NCBI GenBank assembly: GCA_963737265.1
Contig: CAVTRY010000011.1
Location: forward strand, 640,001-704,000
DNA: 64,000 bases
Direction of reading: 5' to 3'
Source: an uncultured delta proteobacterium
Lineage (GTDB): Bacteria; Myxococcota_A; Polyangia; Fen-1088
Shown here: piece after piece, positions 21,411 through 31,115 of the stretch
How the letters are laid out: each line of letters starts with the position of its first letter
Position numbering within the stretch: position 1 is the stretch's first letter
Notes under the pieces: generated by a model
The model's database searches: none
Told to the model about the DNA's origin: nothing
The model's input: only the letters and a program-made list of their open reading frames with translations
Position numbers and translations under genes: made by a program

Positions 21411-23774
21411 ATGACCGATCAGCAGACGCTTTCACGGATCGGGACGGTCTATTTTCTCGCGACGATTCTTGTCGCCTGCGCGGGGGCCAAGGTGGGCAGC
21501 GGCGACCAAGGAGGTACGAGCCCGGGTGGAAATGGTGTTGTTGTTGGCGGCGGCGGCACCACTGGAATCTCCATCAACCTCGACGGCGGGCCCTCTATCG
21601 GGGGAGTCGGTACGGGCGGGACAGGCGGCTACCAGCACCCCGCCACCAAGAATTTTCCTGAAGAAGCTACCTGCCAGGGCGCCTCGGGTCAGTGGGGCGA
21701 AGCCCTGCAGAAGGCGCTGTGGTTTCTCAATGTGAACAAGTCCGGGCCGGGTGTGCTGTCGACCTACGTTCAGTGGCGAGGCGATGCGCACCTGATGGAC
21801 CAGCACATCAAGTTGAGTCCAACCGATCCGACTGGCGTGAATATGTCGCAGGCATTCATCGACCAGAATCGCGCCGTGCTCGATCCCAAGGGTACCGGCG
21901 AGGTCGACCTGTCGGGCGGATTCCACGACGCCGGCGACTACATCAAGTTCGGCCTGACGACGGGTTTCACCGCGTCCACCGTGGCGTGGAGCCTCTACGA
22001 ATTTCCCGATTCCTTCCGTATCACGGGACTCGAGGACGAAACGCTCAACCTTCTACGCTGGGCCGACGACTACTTCATGAAGTCGACCTTCCTGGACAAC
22101 AACGGCAATTTCGTGGCCTTTGCCCATCAGGTTGGCGACGCCTCGGATCACACCTGCGGTTGGATGCCGCCCGAGCTGCGACGCGTCGACTTCTGCCCAC
22201 GCAAGGGCTACTTCGCCACCGCCGAGACGCCCGCGGCCGACGTTACGGCGAGCGCGGCCGCGGCGCTGGCGCTGACGTCGCTCGTGATCAAAGCCAAGGA
22301 CGCGGACTACGCGCAAGCCTGTCTCAAGTACGCCACCGCTCTTTACAAATTCGCCGCCCAGCACCCAGACACCGTCGGGAACACAACCGGAGGACTCTAC
22401 ACGTCCGAGTACGCGGCCGACGATCTGGCCTGGGCCGCCATCTGGCTGTATGAGGCGACGGGGACGCAATCCTATCTCGACGACGTCCTCGGCGTTGGCG
22501 GCGCTGGCGGCGGCTGGCTCGACCACTTCCCTGGCTTCAAGACCACCTGTCTGCAAAGCGCGGGAGCCAGCTGTTGGACCGAGTCGCAGACGCACGACTG
22601 GAACTCGGTCAGATCCGGCGTGTTCCTGAAACTCGCGCAGATTTTGCGCGATACCAACAGCCCTCTGGCCAAGGGGATGGCCATCATCGCGCGCGACGAC
22701 TCCATGAAGTGGCCGCAGGGCACTGTGGCCATGACACCGGCAGGGTTCTCCGTGCTCTACGCCTACGGCTCGGCCCGCTATAACTCGGCGGCGCAGTTCG
22801 TCGCCTTGCTCTATGCCAAGCTCTTCGGCGCGAAAGATCCGGACGCCGTTAACGCCATCACCCCCTGGGCCAAGAAGCAGATGGCCTACATCTTGGGCAG
22901 CAACCCGCTTGGTAAGTCGTACATGATGGGGTTCACCGACAACTACTGCAACCAGCCCCACCACGCCGCCGGCCACGCCTCGATCTGGGGCGAGCCCAAC
23001 AACCCGGTGGCCAACCGCCACATCATCTGGGGCGCTCTCATCAACGGTCCCGACGCCGCCGACGGTCACATCGACAACCGCGCCGACTTCGGCAGCAACG
23101 AGGTCACCATCGACTATAACGCCTCGCTCATCGCCGCCCTCGCCGCCCAGTATTCGCTGCAAGGAAATGGGCAGTGTCCCTTGGCGCAGTTCCCGCCGGT
23201 CGAACCCGAGATCGACGAATACTACACGCTTTCCAACCTCAACTCCGGGGGCTCCTGCCGTTCCCAGGTCACGGTCACGCTCATCAACGAGACCATCCAT
23301 CCGCCGCGCTACAACGAGAACCTGAGCGTGAAGTACTTCTTCGACATCAGCGAACTGCAGGCCCAGGGCAAGTCCATCAGCGACGTCACGGCCAGCCTGA
23401 TTTACGACCGCGGCGCCACCGAATTCGGCCAGCCATCCAGCATCGCCTCTCCCAAGCTTTGTCCCAAGAGCTCTTCGACCTACTACGTGGAAATGGGCTT
23501 CGCGGGCTACGACTTCTGGGGCCGCATCGTCCAGCTCAAGGCCCCGCGCACCTTCATGCTCGATATCGGCACCGCGAACGGCGCCGACTGCGTCTGGGAT
23601 CCATCCAACGACTGGAGCTACGCTTCCCTGCAGCCGGCGCCAACCGACGGTAGCGACCCGCCCAAGACGCCCCACATCACGGTGTATAGCAACGGCATCC
23701 TCGCCTGGGGCGAAGAGCCGCCCTGCTTCGACGAAACGGTCACGCCTCAGCCGCCGCCGATCTGGATCCCGTAG
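21411..23774 (+). CDS. GH9 endoglucanase lipoprotein with a C-terminal CBM3-like domain
   Basis: DLSGGFHDAGDYIKF, QPHHAA, WGALINGP, NEVTIDYNA; CBM3-like tail LSVKYFFDISE...WDPSNDWSY. Confidence 0.9.
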   Translation: MTDQQTLSRIGTVYFLATILVACAGAKVGSGDQGGTSPGGNGVVVGGGGTTGISINLDGGPSIGGVGTGGTGGYQHPATKNFPEEATCQGASGQWGEALQKALWFLNVNKSGPGVLSTYVQWRGDAHLMDQHIKLSPTDPTGVNMSQAFIDQNRAVLDPKGTGEVDLSGGFHDAGDYIKFGLTTGFTASTVAWSLYEFPDSFRITGLEDETLNLLRWADDYFMKSTFLDNNGNFVAFAHQVGDASDHTCGWMPPELRRVDFCPRKGYFATAETPAADVTASAAAALALTSLVIKAKDADYAQACLKYATALYKFAAQHPDTVGNTTGGLYTSEYAADDLAWAAIWLYEATGTQSYLDDVLGVGGAGGGWLDHFPGFKTTCLQSAGASCWTESQTHDWNSVRSGVFLKLAQILRDTNSPLAKGMAIIARDDSMKWPQGTVAMTPAGFSVLYAYGSARYNSAAQFVALLYAKLFGAKDPDAVNAITPWAKKQMAYILGSNPLGKSYMMGFTDNYCNQPHHAAGHASIWGEPNNPVANRHIIWGALINGPDAADGHIDNRADFGSNEVTIDYNASLIAALAAQYSLQGNGQCPLAQFPPVEPEIDEYYTLSNLNSGGSCRSQVTVTLINETIHPPRYNENLSVKYFFDISELQAQGKSISDVTASLIYDRGATEFGQPSSIASPKLCPKSSSTYYVEMGFAGYDFWGRIVQLKAPRTFMLDIGTANGADCVWDPSNDWSYASLQPAPTDGSDPPKTPHITVYSNGILAWGEEPPCFDETVTPQPPPIWIP

Positions 23775-23856
23775 GACAAGCCCGGGCTTCGCCCGCAGTA
23801 GATCAGCGTCGCGGCCGCGGAGCGGGCGGCGTTGCTGTTGCGCCATCCTCGGGCCA
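23325..23856 (+). repeat. Host junction repeat, copy 1 (GH9 3' end plus hrpB 3' end, 532 bp)
   Basis: Near-identical to 32454..32985. Its 3' part, extended to 24110, recurs at 28251..28893. Confidence 0.95.
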
Positions 23857-24110
23857 CCGCGCTGCACGCCCAAGCCCTGGCCCGCACGGCCGCCTGCCTC
23901 GCAACCTGGTGGCGAGCGCGGAGACTGGCTGAACTGACGACACCTCGACCAGGGCGGGATGGAGTAGACTGCCCTGCGTGCTCAACAGAGACCCCGTCAG
24001 GCCCCAGAAACCCGGTCAAGCGCGCTGCGCCAACGTGATCGGGGCCGACCTGATGCGGTCCGGCATGGTTCTCCGACGCTCAAAAAACCCATTCGAAATG
24101 CCTATGGTCA
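23857..24110 (+). mobile_element. IS91/ISCR-like right end: transposase C-terminal stub plus oriIS-like terminus
   Basis: Reads PRCTPKPWPARPPASQPGGERGDWLN* and ends CCCATTCGAAATGCCTATG, which resembles the recalled ISCR oriIS (GCGTTTGAACTTCCTATAC). Confidence 0.65.
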
Positions 24111-24318
24111 TGAGGCGCAGAGGTGTTTTGCAGCGAGGGCAGACGGTGTCGGCGACCTTCGCGGGACGCCATGGGGTACACTGCGCCCCGTGTTCGCGAC
24201 ACACCCTCAAACCTCCCCCGCGACAATCCCGCGTTTTGGCACCGGCCCACTCGCAAGCAACTCGGCCCGGCCTCGAAGGGTTCTCGCTCGTCGCAAAAAC
24301 CCTTTCGAAAGGACTAGG
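24111..24318 (+). mobile_element. Second, diverged tandem IS91-like end
   Basis: ATGGGGTACACTGC...AAAACCCTTTCGAAAGGACTAGG. The motif spacing is 129 nt, the same as ATGGAGTAGACTGC...AAAACCCATTCGAAATGCCTATGG in the preceding unit. Confidence 0.55.
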
Positions 24319-24408
24319 ATCCTCAGGCACCGCCTAGGCACCTGCGACTGCTCAGAGTTTCCGAGCTTGTGTTACCATGGCTGAGCGCCCTGAAATCAGG
24401 AGGTTCGG

Positions 24409-25726
24409 ATGCCCGGTCCTGCTCGCACCATTCTAGATAATCTAGGCAAGCAAACCCTGAGACGGCTGTGCGAAGAGCGTGGATTGCAAACCGCCAGAGA
24501 GCTCGATGAAATGCGCGCCCGCCTCGCACATTCCTTCAGGGGTGACACGAAAGAACTCGTAGACCGTCTTTCCCGGAGAGAAATGCAGCAGATTCTCGAT
24601 GTCTGGGAATTTGAAGTTGACGGACACTATGGGGGCTTGGTGGGTGTGTCATATGCGTCGAAGGATGACCTCGCGAAGGCTGTGCTGGTTATCTACGAGG
24701 ATGGCTGGGGCCCAACAAGTCGAAGCCTGAGCCCGGTGGGGAGTGGATCTCGGTTGCGTGTTTCGATCGATGACGAGACAGATTTGGAGGATTGCGCGCA
24801 TAAGCCCGAAGCTGAGGGTGGCCCCCAGACCGAGGAAGAGGCCGCCCAGCCGTTCGACGACGAAGGAGAAAGAAGCTTTCTCGCCGATCTCTGATTCGAA
24901 ACTCGCCGAGCGAGGTCGCACCACCACGTACATTCGCAGGCTGGTGAACGACCTTGGCAGACACCACGCCGAACATCGCCTTCGGTTGAGCGCCGTTCGA
25001 CACGTTGGCCACGTGCTTGTGAGCGCTGGAATGTCTACAGACCCCGATCTGTCGACAATGACCGCAGCACCTGGAATCGACGCCCGCGTTGTCGTCATCC
25101 GGCGCATGGCCTCACCTAGGAGGAGGCACGATTCGGCAATTACGCGCGACGTTATCTCGCGCTCAGATCCACCACCCGGAACGATGAGGATTCGGCCACC
25201 GACAGCACCATCACCGGTACCTTCCGCACAACCTTCCGGATTCGAGATGGCGAACGAGCAACTGAAATTCCTGGTTACTGTCGCCACTTCGATCAGCATT
25301 CTGAACCAAGAAGGGCGAGCGCAGGCCGTCGAGATGGCTTCGGAGGGAATCGAACTTAGCGCGGCGGATCGAATCCGGTTGAAGGCATTCTCCCATCAAT
25401 ATGCCGGTGGCAACTTCGAATTAGGGCGCACTTTGGCCTATCTCCGCGCCGGACTTCCGGAACGCAGGCGGCAGCAGTTGCTCGATTGTCTCCTCGTACT
25501 CGCGCCGACCTGTCAAGCACTAGACGAAGCGCGGGAGGCTCATGCAGTTGAACTAGGGGTACAAGCGCGTATCGAGTCCCCGCCCTCGGCCCCACCTGCG
25601 AATAGCCAACAGACGGTCACTCCCGCCCAATCCACGAAATCCGAGCCAATCGGACAAGGCCAAATCGAGGCTGGCGGGGTACGACAGAACGAAGGACTCG
25701 ACTCAGTCTTTGGAAAGGGGACGTAG
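24409..25726 (+). CDS. Hypothetical protein upstream of the BrxL-like gene; two overlapping ORFs, probably one frameshifted gene
   Basis: ORF 24409..24894 (helical N-terminus then acidic stretch) overlaps 24743..25726 (possible TerB-like helical C-terminus). Stop is 2 nt before the BrxL-like ATG. Confidence 0.55.
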
Positions 25727-25728
25727 TC

Positions 25729-27789
25729 ATGGGCAACCAAGGAACGATTGACTCCGACGCCACCCTTGCCCGGGCTGTCTATGGGACGCGTGTTGTTGAC
25801 AAGAGCCTTTCAGGAGAAGAGGCATTTGCACGCCTTCCTCGCTTTGTTACCGAGTATCTCTTCGCAAAATATGTGCGCCCAGGGCGCGAACAGGAAGACT
25901 TGCAGTCCTTGAAGGAGAAGATTCGCGGTCGCATTCCGGAGGCTGACCAGAAAGAAATAATCAAGAACCGGCTCATGCGGGACGGTGAATATGTCGTAAT
26001 CGATCAACTAGAAGCCGAGGTTGATCTCGTCGAGAACTGTCACCGCGCGCGCTTGAACTGCCTGGATTCCGAATCGATTCAAATCGATGCCGATCTCGTA
26101 GATCGTTTTGAGGGCGTCCTGAGTGGCGGACTATGGGGAACCGTGACCCTCAGATACGATTCCTCAGCACCCCCAAAACTGAAGATTGCTGTCAAAGCCT
26201 TCGTTCCATTTCAGCTTGACCGTCCCGACGTCGATGGGTTCAAGAAAGGGCGGAGCCGCTTTGCTCTTGATGAATGGATCCGCCTGCTTCTTCGAAGCGC
26301 GGGGTACGAGCCTGACACAATCCCGAGCGAGCGCCAGAGATGGTTGCTTCTTGCCCGGATGATCCCACTGGTCGAACGAAATTTGAATCTGATCGAGCTT
26401 GGGCCGAGGGGTACGGGCAAGACCTTTCTACTCAGAAATCTCTCTCCGACGGTGTTCACCATCTCGGGAGGTCGACCTTCGCCGGCAACCCTTTTCATTC
26501 ACAAAGTCTCGCAGCGACTCGGCATCATAGGCACGCGCAAGGTGGTTGTATTTGATGAGATTGCCGCAACCACTTTTCCAGACCGGGAAACTGTTGCTAC
26601 TCTCAAGGATTACATGGAGAGCGGGCAGTTCAGTCGGGGCAGGAAGGTTGTCGCGTCCGACGCAAGTCTGGTCCTGACCGGGAATCTTGAGGTTTCCGGC
26701 GATCAGCCCAGCGAGCAATACACCCATTTGTTCCAGGAGCTGCCAGCGCCGTTAGTCGATGCCGCATTCTTGGATCGAATTCATGGGTACTTGCCAGGCT
26801 GGGAGATACCGAAAGTGAGTGAAGCGTCTCTAGCCCAAGGCGTTGGGTTTGTGACTGACTATTTTGGAGAGGTATTGAAATCGCTCCGAGACGATGATGT
26901 CGCGCGGGCACTTGATCCTGTTGATCCTGGCGCCAGCGCAACAATTCGTGACGCAAGGGGCGCGCGCCGAATCGCCTCCGGAATGTTGAAGCTGCTTTTC
27001 CCAGACGGAAGCCATTCAGAAGAAGACGTAAAGCGATGCATGCGGTTTGGGATCGAGCTGCGACAACGCGTCCACAACCAGCTGACCCAGATTGCCCCAG
27101 GAGAGTTCGCGCGAAAAGTCCTCGCATTTCCGGGCATGGAACCACATGAGGCACGCGACCTGGTGGAGTCGAGAAAAGTTCAAGAACGCGACGTGCGCGC
27201 CAATCGTGAGCCGGTAGTTGGACAAGTGACAGGCTTGGTCGTGTTGCAGACGGGTGGTGTGATTACTGGTGGCGATGTCTTCTTCACGGAGGTTTCATTG
27301 TTGCGCGGACGGGGTGGCGCGGGCTTTAGCATCACCGGCTTGAGAGGACCGGTCCTAAATGATTCAGTTAAGACAGCTTTCCAAGTGCTCCAGCAACTAG
27401 GGGGTCAGTGGAAAGGCGTTCCCCCACGCCTCGCAGATTCGACGGTGGCGGTTCACCTGGTGAACATCGCAGATCCTAAGGAGGGACCTTCCGCCGGTGT
27501 CGCGTTCGTTACAGCGATGGTCTCGGCGGCGTTAGGAATCCCTGTGCGGCCAGCCTTGGCCATGACGGGGGAAGTAACTCTTCACGGTTTCATCGGTCAG
27601 GTTGGCGGCATCGTCCACAAACTCAAAGCAGCCGTCCAGCACCAGCGCAAGCTCGTGATTATTCCTGCGCAGAACGCCGGTGATCTTCGCGACGTCCCCG
27701 ACGACATACTAACTGCCGTCGAGATTCGCACGGTAAGTCGGATCGAGGAAGTCCTGGAACTGGCTCTGGAACGTCTGCCCAATGACTAG
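25729..27789 (+). CDS. brxL: BrxL-like AAA+/Lon-related protease
   Basis: LPRFVTEYL, GGLWG, LRSAGYEP, Walker A ELGPRGTGKT, VVVFDEI, LKDYMESG, AFLDRIHGYLPGWEIPK; Lon C-domain PKEGPSAG, AMTGEVTLHG, GGIVHK. Confidence 0.85.
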   Translation: MGNQGTIDSDATLARAVYGTRVVDKSLSGEEAFARLPRFVTEYLFAKYVRPGREQEDLQSLKEKIRGRIPEADQKEIIKNRLMRDGEYVVIDQLEAEVDLVENCHRARLNCLDSESIQIDADLVDRFEGVLSGGLWGTVTLRYDSSAPPKLKIAVKAFVPFQLDRPDVDGFKKGRSRFALDEWIRLLLRSAGYEPDTIPSERQRWLLLARMIPLVERNLNLIELGPRGTGKTFLLRNLSPTVFTISGGRPSPATLFIHKVSQRLGIIGTRKVVVFDEIAATTFPDRETVATLKDYMESGQFSRGRKVVASDASLVLTGNLEVSGDQPSEQYTHLFQELPAPLVDAAFLDRIHGYLPGWEIPKVSEASLAQGVGFVTDYFGEVLKSLRDDDVARALDPVDPGASATIRDARGARRIASGMLKLLFPDGSHSEEDVKRCMRFGIELRQRVHNQLTQIAPGEFARKVLAFPGMEPHEARDLVESRKVQERDVRANREPVVGQVTGLVVLQTGGVITGGDVFFTEVSLLRGRGGAGFSITGLRGPVLNDSVKTAFQVLQQLGGQWKGVPPRLADSTVAVHLVNIADPKEGPSAGVAFVTAMVSAALGIPVRPALAMTGEVTLHGFIGQVGGIVHKLKAAVQHQRKLVIIPAQNAGDLRDVPDDILTAVEIRTVSRIEEVLELALERLPND

Positions 27790-27812
27790 CTAGCGAGGCG
27801 CGATGCGATGCG

Positions 27813-28250
27813 CATAGGCGAATCGAATGGGGTACTCGGACCACCACACCCTCGCGCGCACCTGGACAGCATGGCGGAGCGGGTTTGGCCGGCGGGATTC
27901 GCGTGGCGAAAGGTCTGTCTTGACCACGAGCGCAGTCTACCCCATGGCGAGCCCGCCTAGGTCGCCTTGATCAGTTCAGCCAGGCGTCGCCGCTACCAGT
28001 CTTGCGGGGCGGCGGACGCGCGGGGCGTAGCTGAGCGACGGGCGCGGCGAAGCCGCGTGGGGGCCTTGCGCTTGTTTGCTGGGCCGGCTGGCGCTGCCCC
28101 AGTGGTAGCAGCCGCGAGCAACCTGGCCAGGAGCGGATCCTTCTCCGCCATGGTCTCGTCGCTGACGACGGTGACCTCGCTGTCGCCCGGCGCGGCGACT
28201 AGGGTGATGACGCTGCGGCGCTGGAGGAAGCGGAGAATGCGCTTGCTGGC
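27813..28250 (-). mobile_element. Inverted, internally deleted IS91-like remnant with oriIS-like end
   Basis: Minus strand reads ASKRILRFLQRRSVITLVAAPGDSEVTVVSDETMAEKDPLLARLLAAA, then ...RPARPPPRKTGSGDAWLN* in another frame, ATGGGGTAGACTGC and terminal CCCATTCGATTCGCCTATG. Confidence 0.65.
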
Positions 28251-28893
28251 GCTCTTCGACCTACTACGTGGAAATGGGCTTCGCGGGCTACGACTTCTGG
28301 GGCCGCATCGTCCAGCTCAAGGCCCCGCGCACCTTCATGCTCGATATCGGCACCGCGAACGGCGCCGACTGCGTCTGGGATCCATCCAACGACTGGAGCT
28401 ACGCTTCCCTGCAGCCGGCGCCAACCGACGGTAGCGACCCGCCCAAGACGCCCCACATCACGGTGTATAGCAACGGCATCCTCGCCTGGGGCGAAGAGCC
28501 GCCCTGCTTCGACGAAACGGTCACGCCTCAGCCGCCGCCGATCTGGATCCCGTAGGACAAGCCCGGGCTTCGCCCGCAGTAGATCAGCGTCGCGGCCGCG
28601 GAGCGGGCGGCGTTGCTGTTGCGCCATCCTCGGGCCACCGCGCTGCACGCCCAAGCCCTGGCCCGCACGGCCGCCTGCCTCGCAACCTGGTGGCGAGCGC
28701 GCGGAGACTGGCTGAACTGACGACACCTCGACCAGGGCGGGATGGAGTAGACTGCCCTGCGTGCTCGACAGAGACCCCGTCAGGCCCCAGAAACCCGGTC
28801 AAGCGCGCTGCGCCAACGTGATCGGGGCCGACCTGATGCGGTCCGGCATGGTTCTCCGACGCTCAAAAAACCCATTCGAAATGCCTATGGTCA
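28251..28893 (+). repeat. Junction repeat copy 2 (GH9 tail, hrpB tail and IS91-like end)
   Basis: Matches 23470..24110 apart from a 2-bp insertion and at least one substitution. Confidence 0.95.
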
Positions 28894-28894
28894 G

Positions 28895-29356
28895 ATGCGC
28901 TCTCCAGGCAAGAACCTAATCGCGAGGCTTCTGGCGACCAGTTCGCCGTCCGCCGTGGTGCTCATGCGACTGACCGTGGGGGCCGTATTCCTTTCCGAAG
29001 GCATTCAGAAATTCCTATTCCCGGCCGCGCTCGGGGCCGGTCGGTTTGCCAAGATAGGTATCCCTTGGCCGGAGTTCAGCGCGCCCTTCGACGGGGGTTT
29101 TGAGGTCGGTTGCGGTCTTCTGGTCCTTGTCGGCCTTGGAACTCGGCTCGCCACGCTCCCGCTCATCGTCGACATGTTGGTTGCCATCGCGACGACGAAG
29201 ATCCCGATGCTTTTCAAGAGCGGGTTCTGGAGCACGCTGCACGAGGCACGGACCGACTGGTCGATGCTCCTTGGCGCGCTTTTTCTCCTGATCGTTGGGG
29301 GCGGCGCCTGGTCGCTCGATGCGTGGCTCGCTCGACGAGACACCGCGCGTGACTGA
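28895..29356 (+). CDS. DoxX-family membrane protein
   Basis: MRLTVGAVFLSEGIQKF...FEVGCGLLVLVGLGTR...GGGAWSLD. Confidence 0.85.
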   Translation: MRSPGKNLIARLLATSSPSAVVLMRLTVGAVFLSEGIQKFLFPAALGAGRFAKIGIPWPEFSAPFDGGFEVGCGLLVLVGLGTRLATLPLIVDMLVAIATTKIPMLFKSGFWSTLHEARTDWSMLLGALFLLIVGGGAWSLDAWLARRDTARD

Positions 29357-29876
29357 CGGGGCTGCGAGCGAGCCCGACCGGCTGGCGCCAAACCGGCTAC
29401 GGAATATGGCATGGTTCTTTCTGCGCCTGGGATTCACGGCGTTCGGTGGGCCGGCGGCTCATGTTGCGATGATGGAAGAAGAGGTCGTCCGGCGGCGCGG
29501 CTGGCTCAAGCGAGATGAGTTCCTCGATCTCCTCGGCGCGACCAACCTCATCCCCGGCCCGAACTCAACGGAGATGGCGATCTTCATCGGGCACAAGCGA
29601 GCTGGTTGGCCCCGTCTGGTGCTTGGCGGTGCGTGCTTCGTCCTGCCCGCCGCGCTGATAACCCTTGCGTTTGCTTGGGCATACGTCCGATTTGGCTCCA
29701 TCCCACAGGTGGCGGCGCTGCTCTACGGAGTCAACCCGATCATCATCGCGATTGTGGTGCAGGCGCTTTGGGGGTTGGGGCGAACCGCGGTGAAGTCGCG
29801 GATGCTGGCGGCTCTTGCCGTGCTCGCGGCGGTCGCGAGCTTCGCAGGGCTCAACGCGCCCCTGGTTCTGCAATGA
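29349..29876 (+). pseudogene. chrA: Chromate transporter ChrA, N-terminal half only
   Basis: FLRLGFTAFGGPAAH, TNLIPGPNSTEMA; ends after one CHR domain with no partner half. Confidence 0.75.
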
Positions 29877-30227
29877 CTTCGCACCGATCGATTGCGGCGC
29901 TTGCCATCGGCATCCTGCTCTCGCCCGCGACCGGGTACGCGGGTCCGCCCTACGTGACGGATGACCCCCCAGCCCGTGGAATTCCGCCACTGGGAGTTCT
30001 ATCTGGCAACCCAGCATTCCGTTACCCATGAGGCCGCATCCGGAACCGCTCCGCACATCGAGGTGAACTACGGTGCCTTGCCTGGACTCCAGCTTCACGT
30101 AATCGCCCCGCTGGCGTACGCGCATTCGAGCGATGGTCTCACGTTCTACGGCCTGGGCAACATGTGTGCAGGTTTGCACCAAGTTCTACGCAAGAGGAAT
30201 CGTCTCGGCCTTGACGGCATCCAATAG
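29873..30227 (+). pseudogene. Truncated, frameshifted exported beta-barrel-like protein
   Basis: Signal peptide plus AGPPYVTDDP, continuing in another frame as PVEFRHWEFY...EVNYGALPGLQLH, then breaking off. Confidence 0.55.
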
Positions 30228-30257
30228 CGCGTCGATGCCGACCAAGGAAAAGCCGCG

Positions 30258-30875
30258 ATGTCGAAACTGACGGTCACGTCCTTTGTGAGCCTGGATGGCG
30301 TCATGCAAGCGCCCGGCGCGCCCAAGGAAGACCCGAGCGGTGGTTTCGCGCACGGCGGTTGGTTGGTGCCCTTCGCCGACGCCGACATGGGCGCCTTCAT
30401 GGTCGGAGTATTCGCGCGCGCCGATGCATTCCTGCTCGGCCGCGGAACGTACCAGATCTTCGCGTCGCACTGGCCACGGGTCTCCGACACGAACGATCCT
30501 ATCGCCCTGGCCTTGAACGGATTGCCCAAATACGTGGCCTCGAAGACCCTGGCCAAGGTCGACTGGAACAACGCCTCGCCGGTGCGGAACATCGTTGAGG
30601 ATCTCGGCGCCATCAAGAGCCGCCACGCCCGCGAGCTGCAAGTGCATGGCAGCCCTGGCCTCATTCAAACCTTGATCCGTCACGAGCTGGTCGACGAATT
30701 CAACCTGCTCACTTTTCCCGTCGTGCTGGGCACGGGAAAGCGCTTGTTTGGCCCAGGCTCCATTCCCGCCGCGCTCAAGCTCGCGAGTTCCCGCACGAGC
30801 AGTACAGGCGTCGTCATTTCCACCTACGCCCGCGCGGGGCGCCCCAGCTACGGCTCGTTCGCGCTCGACGCTTGA
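30258..30875 (+). CDS. Dihydrofolate reductase family protein (RibD C-terminal-like)
   Basis: FVSLDGVMQAPG, LLGRGTYQIF, PKYVASKTL, LVDEFNLLTFPVVLGTGKRLF. Confidence 0.9.
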   Translation: MSKLTVTSFVSLDGVMQAPGAPKEDPSGGFAHGGWLVPFADADMGAFMVGVFARADAFLLGRGTYQIFASHWPRVSDTNDPIALALNGLPKYVASKTLAKVDWNNASPVRNIVEDLGAIKSRHARELQVHGSPGLIQTLIRHELVDEFNLLTFPVVLGTGKRLFGPGSIPAALKLASSRTSSTGVVISTYARAGRPSYGSFALDA

Positions 30876-31115
30876 GGTGACCAAAGTCGTGCGAAGGAAT
30901 CGACAATCAGTTGTGAGATGAGGGCACCAGTAAACCCGTTTAGTTGGTAGGTTTCTCGGATACCTTCGCCGGTGCCGGGCAGCGGAAGTCGTTTTTGCGG
31001 TATACGTCTTTTCGGTCCCCGAGGGACCTGGCGAGGCTCGAAGGCGAGAAGTAAGGAGTCCCCGTCACGAGCTGGTCGATGCTCGCCGGCTGAGACATGG
31101 TCGTAATACTGGCCA

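Noticed and set aside
19563-23873. Long antisense ORFs (19563..21371 +, 22053..23873 -)
   Set aside because: Shadow ORFs typical of high-GC DNA, lying opposite well-supported genes.
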